54,448 bases of DNA from a virus (lineage: Duplodnaviria > Caudoviricetes), in IMG/VR virus record IMGVR_UViG_3300017978_000048, positions 1-54,448 of that record; one strand, written 5' to 3'. Position numbers and translations under genes: made by a program. Shown here one piece after another: positions 46,305-54,448 of this stretch; the first letter of the stretch is position 1; each line of letters opens with the position of its first letter. The notes beneath the pieces are model-generated. The model saw only the letters and a list, made by a program, of their open reading frames with translations, was not told the origin of the DNA and ran no database searches.

Positions 46305-47330
46305 TTATTTTGTCATCGCATTTAGATAACGTGCCATTGAAGGGTCGACTTTCTTAGTCACTTCTTCAGACAAGTTCTCCACTGGAGCATCAGTCACTGC
46401 AGAAGAAACTTCGGCAGTAGTTTTGTTAGTGAAATAGCTTTCACGAATAGTCTTTACTTTAGTTGCGAAAGTTTCAGCATCTTCAAAAGATAGCTCTTCT
46501 ACCAAGCCTTGGAACTTTTCAGTTTCAGTAGCAGATAGACCTTCGGCAGATTCGCGAACAATTTGTGCCTTAGCAGTTGAGGCAAGAGACTTGCTCAATT
46601 CTACGTTAGTAGCAACTTGTTCGTTCAGCTTAGATTCAAGACCAGCAATAGTCTGTTCCATTTCGCCAAGTACGTCATACTTTTCTTCTGGAACGTCAAT
46701 ATAATGTTCTTCAAACAAGCCCTTCATGCCGTTGATAAAACTCTCAACGATTTCAGACTTAATACCATGCTCAAGGGCTAATTCATTTTGTGCAATCCAC
46801 TGCTCGGCGATGTAGCCAAGGTATCCATCAACTTGTTCAACAAGACCCTCAATACTCTTAGCAGCTTCTTCTTCAAGTTTAGCTGCAAATTCTTCTTCGA
46901 TACGAGCAACTTCAGTATTAACGCGAACCATAACGGCTGCTTCGAAAATAGTAGTTGCTTTCTCTTTAAATTCTTCAGATAGTTCTTCACCAGTAAATAG
47001 TGCGTCCATATCTTCTTTCACACCAGCTTTAACAGCATTGCCCTTGCGGACAGAAGATTGATCACCGTTGTGTGGGTTCATAGAACCGCCTGGTGCTTCT
47101 TCAGCTTGCTTTTGTGAGTCAACGTTGTTACGTGCATTGTCAGGGTTCTGTACAATAGCAGCAGGTGCAACAGCGTCGCCTTTAGATGGGTTAGTTTGGT
47201 CACCAGACGTTGCGTGAGCAGTTACGTCTTTAGCGCCAGATTCTGCACCATCAGGTTTAACTTTAGTTTCATCTAATTGTTGAGCACGAGACTCAGCAAG
47301 TAGTTCAGCGATTTTTTGTTCGATAGACAT
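46305..47330 (-). CDS. 22: Prohead core scaffold gp22
   Basis: LSEEFK.KA.TIFEAAV and VD.YL.Y..EQW...N motifs; synteny. Confidence 0.93.
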   Translation of the reverse strand: MSIEQKIAELLAESRAQQLDETKVKPDGAESGAKDVTAHATSGDQTNPSKGDAVAPAAIVQNPDNARNNVDSQKQAEEAPGGSMNPHNGDQSSVRKGNAVKAGVKEDMDALFTGEELSEEFKEKATTIFEAAVMVRVNTEVARIEEEFAAKLEEEAAKSIEGLVEQVDGYLGYIAEQWIAQNELALEHGIKSEIVESFINGMKGLFEEHYIDVPEEKYDVLGEMEQTIAGLESKLNEQVATNVELSKSLASTAKAQIVRESAEGLSATETEKFQGLVEELSFEDAETFATKVKTIRESYFTNKTTAEVSSAVTDAPVENLSEEVTKKVDPSMARYLNAMTK

Positions 47331-47363
47331 CGTTTTCTCCTAACTTGGATAGTTCTATTAAGT

Positions 47364-47371
47364 TATTTATA
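47364..47371 (-). promoter_or_regulatory. T4 late promoter TATAAATA
   Basis: Exact consensus upstream of gp22. Confidence 0.85.
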
Positions 47372-47373
47372 AA

Positions 47374-48027
47374 TTATTTAATTTTACTCAGGAAACTTTG
47401 AAAAGCTAAAACCTTAGCTTCTTGCAAATTACGCGAAGAGGCTTTACGAATTTGCTTTTGCATTTCCTCAATATTCTGTTCCACGAATTTTCCATCCACG
47501 AAAATCCACTCTTTACTTTCCATGATACCACGGACGAAAGCGTCAGGAGCGGAAGGGTCAGCAACGATGTCAGCAGCAGTTGACAACATGAAATCGTTCT
47601 GTACTACGTTTACACCTTCATTGTTCATTTTTAGTGAACCTAGTGCACGGCTAGAAACACCGAGGTTAGCGCCGCCGTCTAATAGACCGCGAGCGATATT
47701 ACCCATAGGGGTTTCCATAATCTTAGCCTTGCCAATCCAGTTAGTACCTTCTTTACGAAGAGACGTAATCATGTGAGAGACACGGTCAAGGTTAATTGAT
47801 GGAGAATCTGGGTGACCTAGTTCACCGTAAGCACGGTTCTTTTCAACCGTCTCTTTAATGTAACGGTTTACTTCAGCATCCATTACAGACTCTGGATACA
47901 TACGACCGTTACGGTTCTTTAGGTTTGATTGAAGGAATACACCCTCAATGAAGTAATCTTTTTTGCCGTTCTTTGTTGACTCAACGATACAGTTAGTTGT
48001 GTCAAAGACTTCTTTAATTAGATACAT
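47374..48027 (-). CDS. 21: Prohead protease gp21
   Basis: NRNGR.Y, GELGHP, GVSSR and D.VADPSAP motifs. Confidence 0.96.
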   Translation of the reverse strand: MYLIKEVFDTTNCIVESTKNGKKDYFIEGVFLQSNLKNRNGRMYPESVMDAEVNRYIKETVEKNRAYGELGHPDSPSINLDRVSHMITSLRKEGTNWIGKAKIMETPMGNIARGLLDGGANLGVSSRALGSLKMNNEGVNVVQNDFMLSTAADIVADPSAPDAFVRGIMESKEWIFVDGKFVEQNIEEMQKQIRKASSRNLQEAKVLAFQSFLSKIK

Positions 48028-48029
48028 GT

Positions 48030-48491
48030 TTATACCTTATCTGGAGAACCGCTCATAGTAGTGCTAGCGCCAACGCGAGTGACGTCATCGTATGCACCGT
48101 AAGTAGCAGTCTCAACTTTAGTGTCCCAACCAGCAGTCTTGCGCAATACCAAGAACCCTGATACGTCTTTAGCCACGCCGTTAGTTACAACGATGTCGAA
48201 AGTGTTATCATTAGTAATTGGAATACCCCAAGAGTTAGCTTCCATATATGGAGCGTTTTCTGGAGCACAAGCAATAACAATTTTACTGTTACGGTTGATA
48301 GTTACTTTAGAACCTAGCTCTCCCGAGATACTCCACTTAACGATGTTAACAATTGGTGCATCTGAGTTTCTAGCTTGAGAACCAGCAGTTAGGTTAGCAA
48401 TAGTAATAGTGCCAGACTCAGCTGCAGAAGATGTGAAATGAACCACAGTTTCTTGGTTTGTATTTTTGACAGTGGTAAATGTCATTGCCAT
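48030..48491 (-). CDS. Hypothetical virion-associated protein in the head gene cluster
   Basis: 153 aa, beta-rich; GAGGG RBS. Confidence 0.6.
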   Translation of the reverse strand: MAMTFTTVKNTNQETVVHFTSSAAESGTITIANLTAGSQARNSDAPIVNIVKWSISGELGSKVTINRNSKIVIACAPENAPYMEANSWGIPITNDNTFDIVVTNGVAKDVSGFLVLRKTAGWDTKVETATYGAYDDVTRVGASTTMSGSPDKV

Positions 48492-48494
48492 ATA

Positions 48495-48923
48495 TTATCC
48501 CTCTAGTTTTTCAAGCGCATGAAGAAAGTTATTTTTACCTTCTCTCATATACTCGATAATCTCTGTTTTTCCCTGCAATAGTTTATTTAGGCGTTCTTGC
48601 GTTGCCTCGGAAATTGCGACAATAGACTCGTCTTGCAGGATATAGTGAACCTTACCTTCAATCAAACGGTCAAGTTTGTTGTATTTGCGCAGTTCGCAAA
48701 TAACTGGATCCACTGAAAAAATATTAGAAGAAGCTAATTCCAAGTATGTCTCGATTAGAGTATCGGTGACTTTTACATCATGATACTCTTTGATAATCTC
48801 AGCGACCTTAGTATCTGGAATCTCTTCGTATGTCTCTTTTACGACTTCTTCCTTCAATGGTCTTTTGATCTCCGTAATACCATTACGGATTTGTAGAGAG
48901 TTTAGGAATTGTCCGTAGTACAT
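48495..48923 (-). CDS. Prohead core protein candidate (gp68 position)
   Basis: Position between the gp67-like gene and gp21; CTS-like start MYYGQFLNSL. Confidence 0.5.
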   Translation of the reverse strand: MYYGQFLNSLQIRNGITEIKRPLKEEVVKETYEEIPDTKVAEIIKEYHDVKVTDTLIETYLELASSNIFSVDPVICELRKYNKLDRLIEGKVHYILQDESIVAISEATQERLNKLLQGKTEIIEYMREGKNNFLHALEKLEG

Positions 48924-49120
48924 TATTCTTCTGTAGTTGGCTCAGCTGCAGCAACTTCAGGTTCTGGAGCTTGAGCGTTGAACATGTTTTGTGCGATTCG
49001 AACACGCATGTCGTCCAACTGAGAAGAAATCTTTTCAGCCATAGCTGAATTGAAAGCCGACTCAGTGGCAGTTGCGTCGCCGTTAGCGATGGCGTTGATC
49101 AATTCAAGAGTAGTAGTCAT
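48923..49120 (-). CDS. 67: Prohead core protein gp67-like
   Basis: LI.AI..GD...AF...M..KI...LD..R..IA pattern, acidic tail, directly after the portal gene. Confidence 0.7.
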   Translation of the reverse strand: MTTTLELINAIANGDATATESAFNSAMAEKISSQLDDMRVRIAQNMFNAQAPEPEVAAAEPTTEE

Positions 49121-49130
49121 TTATTCATCC

Positions 49131-50843
49131 TTAGTTTGGCCAGCTTGCTTTCTTCGCAGCAGGCTTTGATTTAGTTTTCGATTCAGATTTTGCCTCATCG
49201 GCGTCACCAGAAGTTTGAGTCTGAGCTTCTTGAGCTGCAGCGGCTTGTGGTTGGTTAGTATCTTGTTGAGGTTGTAACTTAGCTTGTTGTTCAGCAGCAG
49301 CCATTTGTTGTTGCTGTTGGAACTCCATAGTAGGTTGCTGTTGAGCTAGGTTCTGTTCACCCTTATTCTGAGCAAACGAGATATTAGTAGCCAAACTATC
49401 CTTGATTTGTTTATCCATCAACTTGATATCATCATCAGACATGCGCAATAGGTTACGCTTAACCCACTCATCAGAGTAGTAACGTCCAACGTATGGATCA
49501 ATCTGTTGAAGTAAAGTAACACGTTGAGTTAAAATCTCAGCGTCCTTTAGTTCAGAGTAATGGTTATCTTCCAAGAAGTCGAAACGAATGTTGTAACGCA
49601 TATCGTCCCACTCTTCGATCTTAATGATGTTCTTAGCGACTAGCTGAACCTTAAGAGCTTCCAAGAATAGAACGGCGAACTTCTTACGAAGGCGCACGAT
49701 GAACTTGTTAAACTTAACTTCGTCACGGGTGATTTCGTTAGAGCGTCCAATAGAGAAGCCTTGTGACTGTTGTAGTCGGCTAATTGGAACGTTCAATGAA
49801 CGATACAGTTTGTTTTGGAAGTATTCGATATCTTCAATTGCGCCGAGGTTTTGACCGCCTGGCAATGTAGAAATCTCAGTACCCTTACCACCTTCACGGC
49901 GAGGCATCCAGAAGTCTTCCATCATAGACAGGTGACGACGGTCATCGCGTGTTTCGCCAGTAGTTGCATCATAAACGATCTTGTTACGGAACTTGTTCAT
50001 GATATCGTTAACATATTGTTCAGCCTTCAACTTAGGAAGGTTGCCCACATCAACGTAGAAAATACGGCGTTCAGGTGCACGGGAAATACGATAGATGACC
50101 AACGAGTCTTCGATCATCTTTAGTTGGTTGGTAGGTTTGATAGCCTTATGTAAGTGGCTCATCATCATACCTGTATTGGAATCAACCATACCAGACGGGC
50201 AGTGTACAACTGAGTCTAGGGGCATCTTAATACCCTGTGTTGATTGTTCAGTAATACCTTTGTCATTGAAAAGGTAAAACTCTTCCATAGTCTTTACAAC
50301 GTCAACACCGTATGGTGTCTTTTCTTTCTTGATGCTCTTGATTTTACGGATCTTACGGGGATCGATATATCGGAGTTCAGCAATGCCTTGTTTGACATTG
50401 TTTTCATCGAAAAGAATCTGATAGTAAAGACGACCGTCAATATACCACTGACGGAAAGTTTCGTGAGCACGGTCATTGAATTTCAATAAACGTAGAATCT
50501 CATCGAACTCATCTTCAATTCGAGACTTGATTCCAGCAGAAACTTTAAGGTCGTCTAGGACGATCTCGATCGGGCGTTTAGCCTCGTCTGCTACAATAGC
50601 CTCATTGATAATATCCTCGATAGCCATATCGCAATCGGAATATTGAGAAACTTCACGGTATCGACGGATTAGGTCGTTCTCGTTTTTAACGGATGCGTCA
50701 AGATCCATAACCACGCCATAAATACCACCAGCATTCACGCTGGTGTTAATTACAGTCGAGCCATCTTGTGTTGATGGGGGCACCACCGAAGGCAGTGCCC
50801 TGTCATCTTTCTTACGACTTATTTCAAAGCCAAAAAGCTGCAT
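49131..50843 (-). CDS. 20: Portal vertex protein gp20
   Basis: WY.DGR, YRISRAPERRIFYVDVGNLP and EDFWMPRREGGKGTEI motifs. Confidence 0.98.
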   Translation of the reverse strand: MQLFGFEISRKKDDRALPSVVPPSTQDGSTVINTSVNAGGIYGVVMDLDASVKNENDLIRRYREVSQYSDCDMAIEDIINEAIVADEAKRPIEIVLDDLKVSAGIKSRIEDEFDEILRLLKFNDRAHETFRQWYIDGRLYYQILFDENNVKQGIAELRYIDPRKIRKIKSIKKEKTPYGVDVVKTMEEFYLFNDKGITEQSTQGIKMPLDSVVHCPSGMVDSNTGMMMSHLHKAIKPTNQLKMIEDSLVIYRISRAPERRIFYVDVGNLPKLKAEQYVNDIMNKFRNKIVYDATTGETRDDRRHLSMMEDFWMPRREGGKGTEISTLPGGQNLGAIEDIEYFQNKLYRSLNVPISRLQQSQGFSIGRSNEITRDEVKFNKFIVRLRKKFAVLFLEALKVQLVAKNIIKIEEWDDMRYNIRFDFLEDNHYSELKDAEILTQRVTLLQQIDPYVGRYYSDEWVKRNLLRMSDDDIKLMDKQIKDSLATNISFAQNKGEQNLAQQQPTMEFQQQQQMAAAEQQAKLQPQQDTNQPQAAAAQEAQTQTSGDADEAKSESKTKSKPAAKKASWPN

Positions 50844-50861
50844 TATAAAATATCCTTCTTA

Positions 50862-51449
50862 TTAAACTGGGAAGCTACCAATTGGAGTATTGATAGTAGT
50901 ACTGATACCAAAGCCAGCACCAGCGCCTTCATTAGAAGTGAAGAAGTTGTAAACGAATTCAACGTCGAATTGTTCAATTGCGTTTTGTTGTTCGTAGTCA
51001 AGAGTGATAGCGCCAATGTTAGTTGGGAACGCATCAGTAAACTTGTACGATTTGATAGTTGCACCGTTACGGTCTAATTGGTGAACAGACAAGTCAACTT
51101 GATAGTCAGTAGGGTTAGTACGACCGTTAGTAGAGTTGTATTGTTGAATACCAGATTGCCACTGTTCAAGAGCATTACGCACGTTGAAAGTAGTATCGTT
51201 ATAGATAGAAACAGTCCATGGTTGGAACGAACGTTCACCAGCAAAGTTCACAGGGCGACCACGATATGGAATTGAAATAGTTTCAATCGTAGAAGCTGGT
51301 AAAGAAGCAGCACGGCATAGGAACTGTGCACGCTGACCAGCGATAACGCCAAGTGTAACGAATGACGGGAATGTCAACTCAACACGGAATTGGTTCGGAC
51401 GAGCGCCGCCACCAATCATCTGTGCTTTAAAGTCAGCAATATTTGCCAT
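50862..51449 (-). CDS. 19: Tail tube protein gp19
   Basis: GGARPN.F.V, AGER.F.PW and V.QLDR.G...FPT motifs. Confidence 0.95.
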   Translation of the reverse strand: MANIADFKAQMIGGGARPNQFRVELTFPSFVTLGVIAGQRAQFLCRAASLPASTIETISIPYRGRPVNFAGERSFQPWTVSIYNDTTFNVRNALEQWQSGIQQYNSTNGRTNPTDYQVDLSVHQLDRNGATIKSYKFTDAFPTNIGAITLDYEQQNAIEQFDVEFVYNFFTSNEGAGAGFGISTTINTPIGSFPV

Positions 51450-51473
51450 TTAAAATCTCCTTGTTATTACTTT

Positions 51474-51511
51474 TATTTATTCGTAATAAACGAGGGGAAT
51501 TTCTTCCCCTC
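51474..51511 (-). promoter_or_regulatory. Hairpin after gp18 (51492-51511) followed by late promoter variant AATAAATA (51474-51481)
   Basis: GAGGGGAA-GAAA-TTCCCCTC; AATAAATA upstream of the gp19 AGGAG RBS. Confidence 0.6.
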
Positions 51512-51519
51512 ATCTATTA

Positions 51520-54426
51520 TTAGGCGCCAATCTCGCTGAAGGCAATGCTAGAACGAGCGGCTACGAAGTTAAGAGTAATAAAGTTGATAGAACGAGTAGG
51601 CTTAACGAAGATATCGGCAACGAATTCGTTACGATCGATAACTTCACCACTGTTGTTAGACTCATCGCACTTAACTAGGAAGTCGGTAATACCACGACGA
51701 CCTTGCACGTCACGTAGGAACGGTTCAATCAAGTTCTTGAACTGACCGCGAGTAAACGCATCGTTGAACTCGAACAACTGATACTTAGCAGCAGTTGCAA
51801 TAGCTTTTTCCAACACGATAAACAAGCGACGAACGTTAATACGGTCGAATGCAGAAGGCTTAGTCAACAATGTCTTATCACCGAACAACACAGTACCTTG
51901 ACCTGGGAAAGTAACAACTGGGTTAATAGAGTTACGATACAAGTTGTCACGGTTAGTTTGGTTAGGGTTGCAAGACAAGCGAACCACGTTCTTGATTTGA
52001 CCACGGTTTAGACCACCTGGAGACCACCATGGATCGTTAGTGTAGTCAGTACGTGCACATAGACCAGCAACGTCACCGTTCAATGGAACCCAACGATACA
52101 CGTCGTTGTAGCGGTCATATTGGTATTTGAAGCCAGAATCAAGCACAGTGTAAGAGTTAGAGCTCAACTCGTTACGATAAGCGATGATCTTGTCAACAGA
52201 AGAAGAATTATCGCCGATAATAACTTGTTCAGTTTGAACGTCTTCTGGAGATACGAACACAACAGCATCCAAACGCTCTAATGCAACGTTGTCGATGATG
52301 TAGTTTGCAACAGTTGGGTTTGCTTTACCAGCCATGATTAGGTTGATATCATACAACTCAGCGTTAGCAAAAATCTCATAAGCAGTCATACGTTGACCGT
52401 CAGTACCAGAGGCATCATCGAAGCCACCAGATAGAGATTGTGTTAGAGGCGCAGTCATTGACTTGAACGCAGTTCCAGCCATTGGTTGACCCCAGTTAGA
52501 AGCGTCATAACCACCAACAACTTGGTCAGTGTGATCAGTCCACCACAACCACTCAGAACGAGAGTTGATAACGTCTTTGTAGTAGTTGTTTGTACCGTCT
52601 GGTTTCTTGTTATCAGAAGCCTTAGATACGAAAGCGTACTTTTCTAGAACAGCGTTTTCAACGCCAGAGATATAACCCTTTTCGTCGATAACGATAATGT
52701 GCATTTCGTCGTTAGAACCACCGATACGTGCAGTAGCTTCAGAAGTTCCTGGCTGTGCATCGAATTCGTTCTTATAAGCCCAAGTATCATAAGTGTCGCG
52801 GTCAGCCATAGACACTTTTAGAGTGTTACCTAGCTTACCTGGATACTTAGCAGCCCACTCACCAGTAACACCGCCACCGTTGATGAAGTTAGCAGAGTAG
52901 TACTGACCGTTAAGGATAGTAACACCAGCAGTTTCAATAACAGCAGTAGCTAGAGCGGGTTGTGTACCTTCACCAGATGGTGGAGTTTCAATTAGAACAG
53001 AAGGTGCACCAGAAAGACCAGTACCACCGTTATCAACGATGATTTCAGATACAGAAGATGGACCAACAGTAATAGAACCAGCAGTAGCACCAGAACCGCT
53101 ACCGCCAGTGATAGTCACTGTAGGGATAGCTTTGTAGCCAGAACCAGAGTTGGAAATAGAGATAGAAGCAACAGTGCTAGTACCGATAGTTGCAGTAGCA
53201 GCAGCGCCTGTACCAGTTGAGTCAGTAATAACCACAGACGGTACAGTTAAATAACCAGCGCCTGGATCAGTAACAGTAATGCTAGAGATAACGTTATAGT
53301 CAACAACGGCGTCAGCCACGCAACCAGTACCGCCACCACCAGTAATAGTAACTGTAGGCTCAGAAGTATATCCAGAGCCACCAGAAACGATAGAGATAGA
53401 AGTGATTGTGTTACCGTTAGTTGTTGCAACAGCAGTAGCACCTAGACCGCCGCCGCCAGTGATAGCGACAGTAGGAGTTGTAGTGTAACCAGTTCCTGGG
53501 GCAACCAAAGTGATAGATTCAACAGAACCAGATAGAACAACGTCAGCTGTTGCACCAGAACCGCTACCACCAGAGAATGACACAGTAGGAGAAGTGTAGT
53601 TAGAACCACCGCTTGATAGAGTAACGCCTGTTACGCCAGCACCAGATAGAACGGCAGTAGCAGTAGCACCAGTACCAGTATCACCTTGAGCAGTAATAAT
53701 GGAAACAGTTGGAGCAGTAACGTAGTTAGAACCGCCAGAAGTCAAACCGATGGCAGTAATCTGACCACCTGATAGGATAGCGTGAGCAGTAGGAGCCACG
53801 CCGCCAGCTTCTTGAACGTTCTTAGTTGTAGCAGTAGCAGTAGCGCCTGTACCACCGCCACCAGTAATTGATACGACTGGGTTAGTGTAGCCAGAACCTG
53901 GAGTGATAATTGTCACGCCTTGGATAACACCATTAACTATGTCAGCTTCAGCAGTACATCCGATACCAGTACCGCCAGTGATAGTCACTGTAGGAGCAGT
54001 TGTGTAACCAGTACCACCGCTAGTCACTGTGACAGTACCGATCAAACCTTCAGTTCGGATGAACACGGCAGGAGCAGCAGCAGTCGACACGTAACCATAA
54101 CCAGCTGCTTCAATTTCGATAGTGTCGATAGAACCAGTTGGAGTAACAACAGCATTCTTCATGTTTGTTGTTTGTTGACGAACTGTTAGTAAGTTGTTAG
54201 AGTAAGATAGGAAGTTGGCAGCAGTGAAGAAAGACTCAAAGTTTGAGTTGTTAGGTGTACCAAAACGGCGAACTAGCTCATCTTCTGAGGTAATTGTGAT
54301 TGGTTCCAAAACAGGACCCCAGTCGAACTGACCAGCGAAAGCACCGATAGATGTCGCTACAGCAGGAACGATAGAGGTAAAGTCTTTTTCAATGACTGCA
54401 ACGCCTGGAGATAATTGAAACGGCAT
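51520..54426 (-). CDS. 18: Tail sheath protein gp18 with a large Gly/Thr-rich repeat insertion
   Basis: LSPGV...E.D, F.WGP, WWSPGG.NRG, FDRINVRRLF and KP.RSINFI.LNF motifs; 968 aa. Confidence 0.96.
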   Translation of the reverse strand: MPFQLSPGVAVIEKDFTSIVPAVATSIGAFAGQFDWGPVLEPITITSEDELVRRFGTPNNSNFESFFTAANFLSYSNNLLTVRQQTTNMKNAVVTPTGSIDTIEIEAAGYGYVSTAAAPAVFIRTEGLIGTVTVTSGGTGYTTAPTVTITGGTGIGCTAEADIVNGVIQGVTIITPGSGYTNPVVSITGGGGTGATATATTKNVQEAGGVAPTAHAILSGGQITAIGLTSGGSNYVTAPTVSIITAQGDTGTGATATAVLSGAGVTGVTLSSGGSNYTSPTVSFSGGSGSGATADVVLSGSVESITLVAPGTGYTTTPTVAITGGGGLGATAVATTNGNTITSISIVSGGSGYTSEPTVTITGGGGTGCVADAVVDYNVISSITVTDPGAGYLTVPSVVITDSTGTGAAATATIGTSTVASISISNSGSGYKAIPTVTITGGSGSGATAGSITVGPSSVSEIIVDNGGTGLSGAPSVLIETPPSGEGTQPALATAVIETAGVTILNGQYYSANFINGGGVTGEWAAKYPGKLGNTLKVSMADRDTYDTWAYKNEFDAQPGTSEATARIGGSNDEMHIIVIDEKGYISGVENAVLEKYAFVSKASDNKKPDGTNNYYKDVINSRSEWLWWTDHTDQVVGGYDASNWGQPMAGTAFKSMTAPLTQSLSGGFDDASGTDGQRMTAYEIFANAELYDINLIMAGKANPTVANYIIDNVALERLDAVVFVSPEDVQTEQVIIGDNSSSVDKIIAYRNELSSNSYTVLDSGFKYQYDRYNDVYRWVPLNGDVAGLCARTDYTNDPWWSPGGLNRGQIKNVVRLSCNPNQTNRDNLYRNSINPVVTFPGQGTVLFGDKTLLTKPSAFDRINVRRLFIVLEKAIATAAKYQLFEFNDAFTRGQFKNLIEPFLRDVQGRRGITDFLVKCDESNNSGEVIDRNEFVADIFVKPTRSINFITLNFVAARSSIAFSEIGA
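52920..54140 (-). repeat. About 10 degenerate ~35-40 aa repeats (G.GY...PTV.I.GG.G.GA.A.A) inside gp18
   Basis: Units read directly from the translation, e.g. GTGYTTAPTV, GSNYVTAPTV, GSGYTSEPTV, GSGYKAIPTV. Confidence 0.85.
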
Positions 54427-54448
54427 TGTGTTCTCCTTGTTAATAAAG

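Noticed and set aside
52920-54140. CRISPR-like or DNA-level tandem array
   Set aside because: The repeats are degenerate, codon-phased and lie inside the gp18 reading frame, so they are protein repeats.
461-54189. Numerous plus-strand and alternative-frame ORFs in the six-frame track (e.g. 14767-15273, 15497-16072, 21889-22428, 33657-34160)
   Set aside because: They overlap well-supported minus-strand genes and show no recognisable motifs; treated as shadow ORFs.
1-54448. Stop-codon reassignment
   Set aside because: Core genes translate full length with the standard code, and TAA, TAG and TGA all act as stops.

Overview
This 54.4 kb window comes from a T4-like myophage with a cyanophage/freshwater-type gene order. 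A spanin gene points to a Gram-negative host. All credible genes are on the minus strand. In transcription order (right to left): virion block (gp18 sheath with a large repeat insertion, gp19, gp20, gp67, gp21, gp22, gp23, gp3); uvsY-uvsW-gp55-gp47-gp46; an early accessory region (vWA/HExxH + MoxR AAA pair, dNTP diphosphohydrolase, SPFH operon); the replisome block (gp45-44-62-regA, hsp20, GNAT, ligase, DexA, gp43, thioredoxin, uvsX, gp41). Two regions stand out. (1) Directly after the helicase is a tightly coupled DNA-hypermodification operon: TET/JBP dioxygenase, class II glutamine amidotransferase, GT-A glycosyltransferase, COOH-NH2 amidoligase, CX5R phosphatase, aGPT-Pplase/amino-acid:DNA transferase and P-loop kinase. 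Several of these enzymes end in gp45 sliding-clamp-binding-like peptides. (2) After a terminator and a TATAAATA late promoter comes a block rich in proteins with T4-type capsid-targeting N-termini: PD-(D/E)XK-like nucleases, a ligase-like/HIGH-nucleotidyltransferase fusion, a second nucleotidyltransferase polyprotein, Dps and an AT-hook protein. Family calls come from recognising motifs by eye; no database search was run.
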